Shown here in pieces: positions 37,387 to 47,247 of a DNA stretch of 64,000 bases. This stretch comes from Truepera sp. (lineage in GTDB: Bacteria; Deinococcota; Deinococci; Deinococcales; Trueperaceae): contig CBDCKW010000009.1 of the NCBI GenBank assembly GCA_965218435.1, forward strand, positions 2,400,001 through 2,464,000. The letters run 5' to 3'. Positions within the stretch are counted from its first letter, which is position 1. Every line of letters begins with the position of its first letter. The notes under the pieces are model-generated. The model saw nothing but the letters and a program-made list of their open reading frames with translations. It did no database searches and had not been told where the DNA came from. The position numbers and the translations under genes were made by a program.

Positions 37387-38429
37387 CCTTTACCAACATG
37401 ACATTCATCAAACCGCCTAAACTTCAACCCGGCGATACCGTTGCGGCAATTTCACTCTCGAGTGGCGCAGCAGGTGAGTTTCCCGAGGTTTATAAGGTAG
37501 CGAAGAAAAACCTCGAGCAAGCCCTCGACGTGCACCTTACCGAAACCCCCAACGCCTTAAAACCAGACGAGTGGCTCTACCAAAACCCCGAAGCTAGAGC
37601 CGACGACCTCCACTGGGCGCTGCAAAATCCCGACGTTAAAGGGCTATTTAGCACCATCGGCGGGTATGAGTCGGTGCGGGTGTTGCCTTTTATCAACCCT
37701 GAACTGATCCGCGAAAACCCTAAAATGCTGCTCGGTTTTTCGGATACGACCGTTTCACATCTAACCTTTTTGAACGCGGGCGTCGCGTCGCTCTACGGCC
37801 CCAGTTTAATGGCTGGCTTTGCCGACCTCAGCGCATTTCCCTATACCGAAACCTGGGCGAAACGGCTTTTAAGCGGTTGGTCTGGTCCCTACGAAGCTGC
37901 TGAAATATGGACCGAAGACCTCTCGGATTGGGACGCGCCCGACTTTGAAGCTGAGGTTAAACGTCCCAAAGACCTACACTCCGGCGGCTGGCGCTGGCTT
38001 CAGGGTCAAGCTCGAGCTGAAGGTCACCTTATCGGCGGTTGTGTTGAGGTCTTAGAAATGCTCAAAGGGACGAAGTGGTGGCCGCGCCCGGAACTGTGGC
38101 AGGGCGCGGTGGTGTTTCTCGAGGCCAGCGACGCCCCCAGCCCCGACCAGCTGGAATATTGGCTCCGCAATTACGCCACGTTGGGAATTTTGGGTGAAGC
38201 GGCTGCACTTCTTATCGCTAGACCGCGTGGCTACACATCCGAACAAAAAGAAACGCTTGGGAACGCGGTTAAAAAGGTGCTTTTAGAGGTTGACCGAGAA
38301 GACATGCCAGTCGTTGCTGACCTCGACATCGGCCATACTTCCCCAATGATGACGTTGCCGCTGGGGTGCAAGGTCGCGGTAGACCCGGAGAAAAAGACGG
38401 TTGAACTGCTCGAGCCCGCCGTCAGTTAA
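37383..38429 (+). CDS. S66 family LD-carboxypeptidase / MccF-like
   Basis: P.L.PGDTVA.IS, RADDL, IGGY.S, GFSDTT, GHLIGGC, FLE and DIGHTSP motifs. Confidence 0.9.
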   Translation: MTFTNMTFIKPPKLQPGDTVAAISLSSGAAGEFPEVYKVAKKNLEQALDVHLTETPNALKPDEWLYQNPEARADDLHWALQNPDVKGLFSTIGGYESVRVLPFINPELIRENPKMLLGFSDTTVSHLTFLNAGVASLYGPSLMAGFADLSAFPYTETWAKRLLSGWSGPYEAAEIWTEDLSDWDAPDFEAEVKRPKDLHSGGWRWLQGQARAEGHLIGGCVEVLEMLKGTKWWPRPELWQGAVVFLEASDAPSPDQLEYWLRNYATLGILGEAAALLIARPRGYTSEQKETLGNAVKKVLLEVDREDMPVVADLDIGHTSPMMTLPLGCKVAVDPEKKTVELLEPAVS

Positions 38430-38622
38430 AGGTCAAGACGGTTTCTTCGATGACGCTTACGGCCTCCTGGACGTCTGCGCCCGCGTTAGAAAGCTCGAGC
38501 AGCACTCCCGATTCGAGAAGTTGCTCATCCGCCACGCCGCCGACCGGCATCACCTTTCGCCGGACCTTGGGAAAGTCCTTGATTTTCTTATCAAGTTGCA
38601 CGTCACGTAGATGGGCAGACTG
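38422..38622 (-). pseudogene. Diverged duplicate of the 3' end of the neighbouring deaminase gene
   Basis: AHLR...KVMPVGGVADEQLLESGVLLELSNAGADVQEAVSVI matches AHLR...EVVPVGVAAGEQLFETGMLLALANTGADVQEAMNVI of 39392-40066. Confidence 0.75.
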
Positions 38623-38679
38623 TTTAGAGCTTCCTTAACGCTCCAACTCTTGAGTGAAAACCGTTGTAAACTGCTGACA

Positions 38680-39367
38680 GTGAAACTTGATAGAGATTCA
38701 AGCGAAAGCTCAGTGTTCGTTATCGAACCCGAAGACATCAAGCGATTGACAGATTTCTTAGAGAACGATTTTGCCGACGTGAACTTTACGCTCAAATGCT
38801 CAGACAAGTTGTCTCGCAATATGTCAGTGGATGAGCTACTTGTGTACGAGAACCCAAAAGCCAAGCGAATAAAAACCTTGACACTCTCTAACACTTATAA
38901 TACTGGTAATCGGGTACGGATCACGGTCACAGTAAGCGGCAACTTTTTTATCAACATCAACGGCGATTACGATGCCGTTAGTAAAACCAACGAGTTCATC
39001 AATGAGTGGATAGAAGGCTTACGCCCTTGGTATTGGAGACTCGCCCATGTAGTTAAATTCAACTCTGTAGTAGGTTATCTCGTCTCAGCAACTATTATCG
39101 GCTTTGTTTTATCTCTTTTCCAAACTTACCTAAATCGCTTTGAGGCAACAGCTAACCTTAGGTTTCAAGTATTGGCTTCTATACAGTAGCATCGCACTTT
39201 CTATTTTCATCATAGTTACTCTTATCTATAGGAATATCTTTCCTGCAGGCGAGTTTGCCATCGGACAGGGCGCAAAACGCTTTAGAAATAGAGAATTATT
39301 CCGTCAGATAATCGTAGGAGGAGTGCTGGCCTCTGTTGCTGGTTCTGTTATTTATTCATTTTTCTAG
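38680..39367 (+). pseudogene. AT-rich hypothetical membrane protein gene, apparently frameshifted near 39140-39189
   Basis: TAAACT-7nt-GTG start; soluble N-terminus then TM helices split across two overlapping frames. Confidence 0.55.
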
Positions 39368-39391
39368 CGATATGATCGTTCCAGTCCGCTG

Positions 39392-40066
39392 TCAGCTGAC
39401 GTCCGAAACAGCCCTTCCAATCACGTTCATAGCTTCTTGAACGTCTGCACCGGTATTGGCTAAAGCAAGCAACATCCCCGTTTCAAAAAGTTGCTCGCCC
39501 GCCGCTACGCCTACCGGCACAACCTCACGCCAAACTCCGAAAAAGGCAGGGGTATTAGCTTCTCCAGTCCGGCGTGCGCCGCGTAAATGTGCGTCGGTTT
39601 GCAGTGCAATCAGCACGGTCTCGAGCTCAGACCCTGCCAGTGACGAGACTCGAGTCCCTTTTCGGCTGATGTAAGGGTCTGTTTCGAGCAGGTGACTGCA
39701 TCCTGCCCAAGCGTCTCTCGAGGCGTACACCAAAGCGCCGATGTGACTCATCCGCACCGCGCCGACACAGAGCGGGCAGGGTTCGGTGGTCGTAAGCAGC
39801 GTACAGCGAGAGGCTTGCAGCTCGGTAAAGGGAAAATCTAAGAGCGCGTTGACCTCGGCGTGTGCCAGCGGATGATTGTACAGTGCGTTGTGAAGTGCGT
39901 TCGGCTCGGCATCGTCGTCTCGTAAGCGGTTGCGACCCTGGGCGACCACGTTGTTCTGCTCGTCTACAATTACGGCTGCGATAGGCAGCGAGCCCTGAAC
40001 ATAACTCTCCCAGGCCAGCGTCAGACAAACGCGCCAGGGTTCCTCGAGCGTGTCCCAAAGATTCAT
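39392..40066 (-). CDS. Zinc-dependent nucleoside/nucleotide deaminase (TadA-like fold)
   Basis: HAE and EPCPLC motifs. Confidence 0.85.
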   Translation of the reverse strand: MNLWDTLEEPWRVCLTLAWESYVQGSLPIAAVIVDEQNNVVAQGRNRLRDDDAEPNALHNALYNHPLAHAEVNALLDFPFTELQASRCTLLTTTEPCPLCVGAVRMSHIGALVYASRDAWAGCSHLLETDPYISRKGTRVSSLAGSELETVLIALQTDAHLRGARRTGEANTPAFFGVWREVVPVGVAAGEQLFETGMLLALANTGADVQEAMNVIGRAVSDVS

Positions 40067-40684
40067 CTACTCGCCTCCCAAGTGCGGCGTCCGGTTGAGG
40101 CTCAGTAACCCAACCCGGTTTGATTGCCGCGCTACGGTGACCTCGGCAAAACTGGTATCGCCAAAAGCAAACGAGGTTTGCGCCGGAACCTGCAAAAGCT
40201 CACGGAGCGCCACGTTGAGGCAGCCGCCGTGTGCGACGACCAAAACGTTGGTGTAAGAACTTTGCATGAGTTGCTCGAGCGCCCCACTAATCCGTCTCGA
40301 GAACGCAGCGTAAGATTCGCCGCCGTCTGGGGTGTACTGCTCAAAGCGGTGCCGAAAGGCCGGTTCGGGATACCGGTGCTCTGCCTCGTCAAAGCTGAGA
40401 CCAGCCAGAGGACCGTTGTCAAACTCGCGCCACGCATCACTGGGCGTCACCTCTAAACCGAGTGCTTCGCCGATAACCTCGGCTGTGCGCCGCGCCCGGA
40501 CGAGGCTCGAGCACACCACACGTTCAAACCCCGGCGGATGCTGCTACCAATACGCCGCCAGCTTTGCGGCTTGCCTTTCGCCCACCTCAGTGAGCGGGCT
40601 GTCATAACGCCCTTCGTGAACCTTTTCGTCATCAGCGCGTGAACGGCCATGTCTTAAGAGCGTGAGCGTAAGTGAGGAAAGCAT
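40067..40684 (-). pseudogene. Histidine phosphatase (PGM family) with one amber stop
   Basis: [22 protein letters not shown]...AAYW*QHPP...SSLVRARRTAE...GES...VAHGG; TAG at 40544-40546. Confidence 0.8.
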
Positions 40685-40756
40685 CACCACTGCCAAGACG
40701 CCAAAAGGAGCTTTAAGTCGTTGTCTTTTAGTCTAGGAACGCGCACACTAAACATT

Positions 40757-42286
40757 ATGTCTCAAACACCCGCAGAAACGCCTGACCAAGCGCCTAGCCT
40801 CGTCACCGGGGCCACCGGTTATATCGGTGGGCGGCTCGTTCCACGGCTGTTAGAGGCAGGACTCGAGGTCCGCTGTCTGGTGCGCGACCGGGAGCGGCTG
40901 CGCGGTAAACCTTGGTTTGATAACGTCGAGGTCGTAGAGGCCGATGTGCTCGAGCCTGAAACCTTAAGCGCCGCATTTGCGGGCGTCCACACCGCCTACT
41001 ATTTGATTCACTCGATGGGGGCCGCCGAAGCAGGGTTTGAAAACCGCGACTTAAAGGCCGCTAAAAACTTTGCCGAGGCTGCCAAAGCCGCCGGCGTAGC
41101 GCACATCGTCTATCTAGGCGGGCTCGGCTCAGGGTCGAAAGGGATGTCGAAGCATCTAGCCTCGAGGCAACAGACGGGCCAAGCCCTCGCTGAGGCTGGC
41201 ATTCCCGTCACCGAGTTTCGCGCCGCGATTATCGTCGGCTCAGGGAGTATTTCGTTTGAAATGCTCCGCTACTTGACTGAACGCCTGCCGGTGATGGTTA
41301 CGCCGCAGTGGGTGAGCACCAAAGTACAGCCGATTGCCATTCGTGACGTGCTCGCCTATTTACAGAGTGCGCTGGCGATCGTACCCACCGGCCACCAAAC
41401 CGTTGAAATCGGCGGCCCGGACGTCATCACCTACCGCGCGATGATGCTGAACTACGCCCGCGCACGCGGCCTGAACCGCCGGATGTTCTCAACCCCGGTG
41501 TTGAGCCCACGATTGTCGTCGTACTGGGTCAACCTGATTACGCCCATTCCCGCCTCGATTGCCCGCCCGCTCGTCGAAGGTCTGACGAGCGAAGTCATCG
41601 TAGACGACCCCGAACCTGCCAAAGCTTACAAAGTGCGGCCCATCTCGTACGAAACCGCTGTCAAGCTCGCGCTCGACCGCACCACGCAAGGGGCCGTAGA
41701 AACGCTCTGGAGTGGGGCGCTCGCCGCCGTACCGCGCGGCACGCCCGACTCGGACAAGTTGCAAGATACCGAAGGGATGCTCTTCGACCGGCGAACGCGG
41801 CAATTTAGTGCCAGCCCGGAGAATGCGTTTCGGGCCGTCGTCCGTATCGGCGGTGAAGAGGGCTGGTACACCTTCGATTGGCTCTGGCAGATACGCGGCG
41901 TGTTAGACCGGCTTTTGGGCGGCGTCGGAATGCGGCGCGGGCGGCGCGACCCGAACACACTGCAAGCGGGCGACGCGCTCGACTTTTGGCGGGTTGAAAG
42001 CGTCAAATCGGGCGACCACTTACAGCTCCGCGCCGAGATGAAGGTGCCGGGGCGGGCGTGGCTCAGGTTTGACGTTCACGACGCTGGCGGCGGCGAGAGC
42101 ACGGTGCGGCAGACAGCGTTTTTTGAACCCAAAGGGTTGTTCGGCTTTCTTTACTGGTGGACGATGTACCCGTTTCACCTGTTTATCTTTCCTTCAATGT
42201 TGGCCGCCATCGGCAAACGGGCCGAAACGTTGGAGCGTGAGGGTCAGGGGCAGCTACACCCCTCGAGACAACCCACCCCGTCTTAG
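40757..42286 (+). CDS. NAD(P)-binding SDR with DUF2867 domain (YbjT-like)
   Basis: VTGATGYIGGRL, YYLIHSM, SKHLASR, DFWRVE and AEMKVPG motifs. Confidence 0.85.
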   Translation: MSQTPAETPDQAPSLVTGATGYIGGRLVPRLLEAGLEVRCLVRDRERLRGKPWFDNVEVVEADVLEPETLSAAFAGVHTAYYLIHSMGAAEAGFENRDLKAAKNFAEAAKAAGVAHIVYLGGLGSGSKGMSKHLASRQQTGQALAEAGIPVTEFRAAIIVGSGSISFEMLRYLTERLPVMVTPQWVSTKVQPIAIRDVLAYLQSALAIVPTGHQTVEIGGPDVITYRAMMLNYARARGLNRRMFSTPVLSPRLSSYWVNLITPIPASIARPLVEGLTSEVIVDDPEPAKAYKVRPISYETAVKLALDRTTQGAVETLWSGALAAVPRGTPDSDKLQDTEGMLFDRRTRQFSASPENAFRAVVRIGGEEGWYTFDWLWQIRGVLDRLLGGVGMRRGRRDPNTLQAGDALDFWRVESVKSGDHLQLRAEMKVPGRAWLRFDVHDAGGGESTVRQTAFFEPKGLFGFLYWWTMYPFHLFIFPSMLAAIGKRAETLEREGQGQLHPSRQPTPS

Positions 42287-42450
42287 CTGGGTTTTATTGA
42301 CGTTCTAAAGTCAGCTGTAGTTGTTGGCGGCGCGTCGTAAAAAAGAAGCAAGAAAACGTCGGCCAGACGACGAATCCAGCGTTTCTTGCTTACTTATAGC
42401 GTGACGACAAGAGCCAACGTCAACGCAACCTGGTTTTTTAACCCGTCTTG

Positions 42451-43410
42451 TCAGGCCACCCGCTCGAGCTCCCTTTCCGCAAGGCCCACGAGCACAGCTT
42501 TTGCCGTAGACGCGGGGAAAACCTCGAGTGCAGCAAGCGCCGCCCGCGCTGAGCGTTCAATCTCAGCCTGAGCACCTTTGTCCGCGCCGTGTTCACGCAC
42601 GAGCGCGATCATCCGGGCGGTATCCCCAGCTTTAGACCCGTGACGGCGCAGGATGGTCCGCGCTTCGCTTACACCCGCGGTTAACAGCTCGAGCACTGCA
42701 AAGGTCGCTTTACCCTCGCGCAGGTCGCCGCCGACCGGTTTGCCGAGAACTTTCGCGTCACCTAAGAGGTCTAAGTAGTCGTCTTGCAGCTGAAACGCCC
42801 GCCCGTAATACATCCCGTAGTCGCGCAGCGCCCGCCGCTCGGCCTCCGGCGCGTGGGTTAAAAACGCGACGCCCTCGAGCGCCGCGGCAAAGAGCACCGC
42901 CGTCTTACCGTCAATAATCGTAAAGTAGTTGTCTAACGAATAGGTCTCTAACGTGGCCATCTCGAACTGGAGCACCTCCGCCTCACAGATACGCGCCGCG
43001 GTTTCCGACATCAGCTGCGTAAATGTGGGGCTTCCCGAACGCGCCAAAATGCCGAGCACCCGCGCGAGCATAAAGTCGCCCGACATCACGCTCACGACGT
43101 TGCCGTAACGCCTGAAGGCCGCGTCAACGCCGCGCCGAGTTTCGGCGTCGTCAATCAGGTCGTCGTGTAAGAGCGAGGCCGAGTGCAACAGTTCAACGGC
43201 GAGCGCGACCTGCAGCGCCTGTTCACGGCTCCCGCTTAAGAGTTGCCCAGCTAAAAACGCCAGACTCGGACGGAGCCGTTTGCCGCCCGCACCCGCGAGG
43301 TCTTCGCCGATCGCGTCAATAAAGTCCACCGATGAACGGAGTTCGGCGGCGAGCTGCGTTTCAAAATCGGCAAGGTCGGTTTTCAGGAATTCAAACACAG
43401 GTTCAGACAC
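42451..43410 (-). CDS. Long-chain polyprenyl diphosphate synthase (HepT/IspB-like)
   Basis: GGKRLRP, LLHDDLID....RRG, GKTA, FQLQDDYLD and DLREGK motifs. Confidence 0.92.
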   Translation of the reverse strand: MSEPVFEFLKTDLADFETQLAAELRSSVDFIDAIGEDLAGAGGKRLRPSLAFLAGQLLSGSREQALQVALAVELLHSASLLHDDLIDDAETRRGVDAAFRRYGNVVSVMSGDFMLARVLGILARSGSPTFTQLMSETAARICEAEVLQFEMATLETYSLDNYFTIIDGKTAVLFAAALEGVAFLTHAPEAERRALRDYGMYYGRAFQLQDDYLDLLGDAKVLGKPVGGDLREGKATFAVLELLTAGVSEARTILRRHGSKAGDTARMIALVREHGADKGAQAEIERSARAALAALEVFPASTAKAVLVGLAERELERVA

Positions 43411-43679
43411 AGTTCAGTATAGAGGCTGAGGTGCGGCGCAACTCGTAGTGGCGGCTTCCGCTCGAGCTCGCCGGTAGACCGCTCGAGTCGGGACGAGCAA
43501 AAAGTCATACCGGTCACAAAAATAGGAGGCCCCAAAGAACCTCCTGTAAAGGTAGCTTGCTCTAAGTAGCTGTACAGAAGTAAGCTAAACCAAGAAAGAT
43601 TGTAAAGCTTGTCTCAAACGCAAAAACTCTGCTCACACAGTTCAGGTTATTCAAGTTTAGGTTATTCAACCCGGAGCAC

Positions 43680-45782
43680 TTAGCGTACGACAACCGTCAC
43701 CAGCGCCCTGGACGTGTGATCTTTGCCGTCGCTGACCGTGTACTTAAAGGTATCGGTGCCGGTAAAGCCTTTTGGCGGCGTATAGATGATGTTGCGGCTG
43801 TCACGGGTAATTTCGATCTTGCCCCCGCGCCGTGGGGTGGTCGCGGCGATGATAGTAAGCGCCCGAACACCGGGTTTATCGTTCGCTAAAACGTCAAGCG
43901 TGACTTCTTGGTTCCGCGCGGCGCTTTTACGGTCATCTTTGGCGTGTACACCGCCGTTGTCGTTATCACCGTCGCCACTACCCCCGCCCCCGTTATTTGC
44001 GTCTGTAACGCTCACCGTAAGCGTATCCGTCACGGTACCCTTGTCGCTGCTGGCAGTAAGCGTCAGCGTATAACTTCCCGCAGCCTTAAAGGTCACTGTT
44101 GTATCTTCAGCCGTAGCATCGGCGAACAAAACAGCTGCCGCGTCGCCGTCTGTGACGCTCCACTGATACGTTACGGGGTCGCCTAGGTTTGAAGTGGACG
44201 CCCCTAGGTCTTGCGCTTCATTAACTGTGGCCGAACGAGGGTCTTCACCGTCAATGGCAACCGCCGGGTCTTGGTTGTTTCCGCCGTTGTCACCATCACC
44301 GCCACCGTTACCATCTACCGTTACCGTGATTGGCGGAGCAGTGGTAGCGGCTGAACCGTTCGCCGCGCTGAGCGTGTAAACAGTTGTTTCAGTTGGGATC
44401 ACGGTAAGCTGTTTGTCTTCGTCTGCGGTAACGTCAAAAGTGTCACCCTTGTCGGAGCTGATCGTTACTTTTGTCGTCGTACCACTGATTTCCCATGAGA
44501 GCGTTACCGGGTCACCGGAAGCCACCGAGGTGTCACTCGCCGTAAAGCTGGTGATGCTTGGAGCTGTAGGGTTGCCGTTACCGCCACCGCCACTACCGCC
44601 ACCGCCGTCACCACCTCCACCGTTACCATCACTACCTACAACGATCTCTACCGAGTCCGAGGCGGTGCCGCCTTTGCCGTCGGCTACGGTCACCGTTGCG
44701 GTGTAGCTGCCGTCTTCGGCGTAGGTGTGGCTCGCAGCGGGCGCACCTGCAGTCGTTTCACCGTCGCCAAAACTGTACAAATAGCTGACCTCATCGCCGT
44801 CTAGGTCGTTGGCACTCGCCGTAAAGCTGACGTTTAAGGGCGCTTGACCCGAGAGGGGCGCGGCTAACAAGCCGACCGTCGGAGCCCGGTTGGTAGTTCC
44901 ACCACCACTACCGTCGTCCGCACCACCGCCTGTTCCACCGCCGGTACCGCCACCACTGCTGGACGCTTCGGTAACCTGAAAGGTAGCGGTCGCTTGATTA
45001 GGGACGGAAACGCCGTTGACGGCTGTTAAAACTAGGGTATAAGCCCCGGCGGTCAGGGTCTCGGTCGTCGTAAAGCTGTTTGACGCGTCTGTAGTAATCG
45101 GTGTGCCGTTAAGCGTCGCGTCAAAACTTTTGATCCCTGTTTCCGAGTCGGAAGCTGAACCGCTCAGGGTGATGAGGTCGGTGCTCGAGTACGGCGCACC
45201 GTCTCCCCCACTGACCGAAACGCTGAGGTTGGGGCGGCTCCCGTCAATTTGCAACGTAAGCGGCGCGGACTCTTTGGTCTGCCCTGAAGAGTCCGTCGCT
45301 ACTGCACGTAACTGTGTGCTGAGCATTCCGCTGGGGGTTCCCTGCAGCTGTAACGACTGACCACTGCCCGGTTTAGGAAAAATAAAGGGGTTTTTGAACG
45401 CGATCCCATCTTCAGCTTTGCTGCGCGTGCCGATGAGCGCGCCGTCTTGAAACAGTTGCACCGTCTCAACGTTCCTTTCGTCGGAGGCGACGACGTAAAC
45501 CGACAGCGGATTTTCGCTCGTTTGGCCCGATACCGGGTCAAAGAGGCTCGAGGCCGCGACGGTAACCGGGCCACCTCCAGGTTTGAGCAAGTTAGCGGAG
45601 TCATAGTTCGTACCTACCGAGCCTCCACCCGCGCCACCCGACTCAGGGGCTTGCTGGGTGGCGAGCAGCGGGCCGGAAATCCGGGTGATAGCTACGTCGG
45701 GTTCGGTGTCGGCAGTTTGGGTACGTGTCCCGCACGATACGAGTAACGCTACACTCAGGCAAAAGAGGAGAGGTTTTTTCAT
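43680..45782 (-). CDS. Surface lipoprotein with Ig-like/PKD domains and Gly-rich linkers
   Basis: Lipobox LVSC; PKD motif FGDG...SHTYA..G.YTA.VTV.D; C-terminal DVLAND...YTP..GFTG.DTFKY domain. Confidence 0.8.
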   Translation of the reverse strand: MKKPLLFCLSVALLVSCGTRTQTADTEPDVAITRISGPLLATQQAPESGGAGGGSVGTNYDSANLLKPGGGPVTVAASSLFDPVSGQTSENPLSVYVVASDERNVETVQLFQDGALIGTRSKAEDGIAFKNPFIFPKPGSGQSLQLQGTPSGMLSTQLRAVATDSSGQTKESAPLTLQIDGSRPNLSVSVSGGDGAPYSSTDLITLSGSASDSETGIKSFDATLNGTPITTDASNSFTTTETLTAGAYTLVLTAVNGVSVPNQATATFQVTEASSSGGGTGGGTGGGADDGSGGGTTNRAPTVGLLAAPLSGQAPLNVSFTASANDLDGDEVSYLYSFGDGETTAGAPAASHTYAEDGSYTATVTVADGKGGTASDSVEIVVGSDGNGGGGDGGGGSGGGGNGNPTAPSITSFTASDTSVASGDPVTLSWEISGTTTKVTISSDKGDTFDVTADEDKQLTVIPTETTVYTLSAANGSAATTAPPITVTVDGNGGGDGDNGGNNQDPAVAIDGEDPRSATVNEAQDLGASTSNLGDPVTYQWSVTDGDAAAVLFADATAEDTTVTFKAAGSYTLTLTASSDKGTVTDTLTVSVTDANNGGGGSGDGDNDNGGVHAKDDRKSAARNQEVTLDVLANDKPGVRALTIIAATTPRRGGKIEITRDSRNIIYTPPKGFTGTDTFKYTVSDGKDHTSRALVTVVVR

Positions 45783-46369
45783 TGTCCTCGTACCGGAGTC
45801 GCAATAGCGAACTGATGAGGCTCACTGACAAAGGGTCGTTGGACATCATCCGTACCGTAAAAGGTCACCTTGGCAGTTGCACCGACCGCCCCACCAACCG
45901 TAACTAGTTTCTGGAGCTGGATGGCAATATCCCCAGCTAACATAACCGTAGGAGCTGAATCTACAGACTCACCACGAGCAAAAACAACCCCTGGCGTGTT
46001 GACCGTACATTCGTCAACTTGACCTTCCGGTGTAGGCGGGCAGCGGATTCCAGGGGGAACGTGGACATTTAGCGTTCCTTCAGAATACTGAACCGAATCA
46101 CCGGGAAAGGCGTTGTTGCCGCTCGAGTCGAAATACTCGACGTGATAGCCCTCAACCGTTGCGCCAATTGAGCCAGCCTTACTATTGAAGGTCAAGATGT
46201 GTGACGGTATCGTGATCTTGCCCTGGTCGTCAGTTTCCCATCCAAGTGGATTAGGAGTGAGAGCAACATCAAAACCATACGTGTTGGCGCTAACGCCGCG
46301 ACTGCACGCGCTTAAGAGTGTGAGAATAACGAGAGCTGCACCGAGTAAAGCTATCTGAACGTTCTTCAT
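45779..46369 (-). CDS. Hypothetical lipoprotein
   Basis: Lipobox LSAC; ATGA overlap with the downstream gene. Confidence 0.75.
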   Translation of the reverse strand: MKNVQIALLGAALVILTLLSACSRGVSANTYGFDVALTPNPLGWETDDQGKITIPSHILTFNSKAGSIGATVEGYHVEYFDSSGNNAFPGDSVQYSEGTLNVHVPPGIRCPPTPEGQVDECTVNTPGVVFARGESVDSAPTVMLAGDIAIQLQKLVTVGGAVGATAKVTFYGTDDVQRPFVSEPHQFAIATPVRGQ

Positions 46370-46579
46370 AGCGTTCAGGATAGGCGGAGCCGGGATAGTT
46401 TACTGGCAAAGTATTACAACCAATTTGCAGCGCTTTGTCAGCAGAGTTCTGAGCAGACGCTGGGAATACTCAAAGCAAATCCACCCACGTTCTTTTTTCT
46501 CGTGCAGGACAAGGTTCAATTAGCGCGAGGCTTTTTGTTTCGGGTTCAGTAACTACGGCGGAGCTTATTTTCTAAAAAA

Positions 46580-46597
46580 GTGTGAAAAAATTGACAC
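46580..46597. promoter_or_regulatory. Rex operator-like palindrome
   Basis: GTGTGAAAAAATTGACAC versus consensus TTGTGAA-N4-TTCACAA (3 mismatches). Confidence 0.4.
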
Positions 46598-46605
46598 CGT
46601 AAAAA

Positions 46606-47247
46606 TTAGGCTAATTCTTCGCGGAGTTGCGGGTTCAAAATGTAGAACGACAGGCGTTTGAGGCCCGCCATAAAGTCCACGGGTTCGACGTGAACTTCTT
46701 TGGGAACTTCTAAAATCGTCGGCGCAAAGTTCAAGATACCGCGGACACCTGCCCGTACGAGCGCGTCGGCGGCGTCTTGGGCGGCTGTTTGCGGCACCGT
46801 AATCAGGCCGATGTCAATTCCTTTTTCGCGTACGACTTTGGGAAGGTCATCTACGTGACTTATCTTGACTCCAGCGATCTCTTGACCCACCTTGTTCGGG
46901 TCAATGTCAAACACGCCTTTAACTGAAAAATCGTAGTCGCCGAAGTTCGGATAGTTGAGGATCGCTTCGCCGAGCCGCCCTACCCCGACAATCGCCGCAC
47001 TCCAAGGCCGAGTTAACCCCAAAATGCGGCGCAGTTCACGGCGCAGCGTCGGAACGGTGTACCCCGCCCCACGCGTGCCGAAACGCCCGAAGTAGGCCAG
47101 GTCTTTGCGGACCTGAAAGGCTGAGACCTGCGCTTCGTCGGCGAGGTGCTCGGACGAAGTTTTTTTAATGCCTTGCGCCTCGAGCTTCGCCAGAATACGC
47201 AGGTAAGTAACTAAACGGCTGACCGTCGCGGTCGGAACAGACGACAT
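46606..47247 (-). CDS. rex: Redox-sensing transcriptional repressor Rex
   Basis: ATVSRL..YLR.L, QVRKDLAYFG.FG.RG.GY, VGVGRLG and GILNFAP motifs. Confidence 0.95.
   Translation of the reverse strand: MSSVPTATVSRLVTYLRILAKLEAQGIKKTSSEHLADEAQVSAFQVRKDLAYFGRFGTRGAGYTVPTLRRELRRILGLTRPWSAAIVGVGRLGEAILNYPNFGDYDFSVKGVFDIDPNKVGQEIAGVKISHVDDLPKVVREKGIDIGLITVPQTAAQDAADALVRAGVRGILNFAPTILEVPKEVHVEPVDFMAGLKRLSFYILNPQLREELA

Noticed and set aside
4623..40546. Amber recoding suggested by several in-frame TAG codons
   Set aside because: TAG is the real stop of clpC, ftsY, ftsH and others, and one pseudogene also has an in-frame TAA
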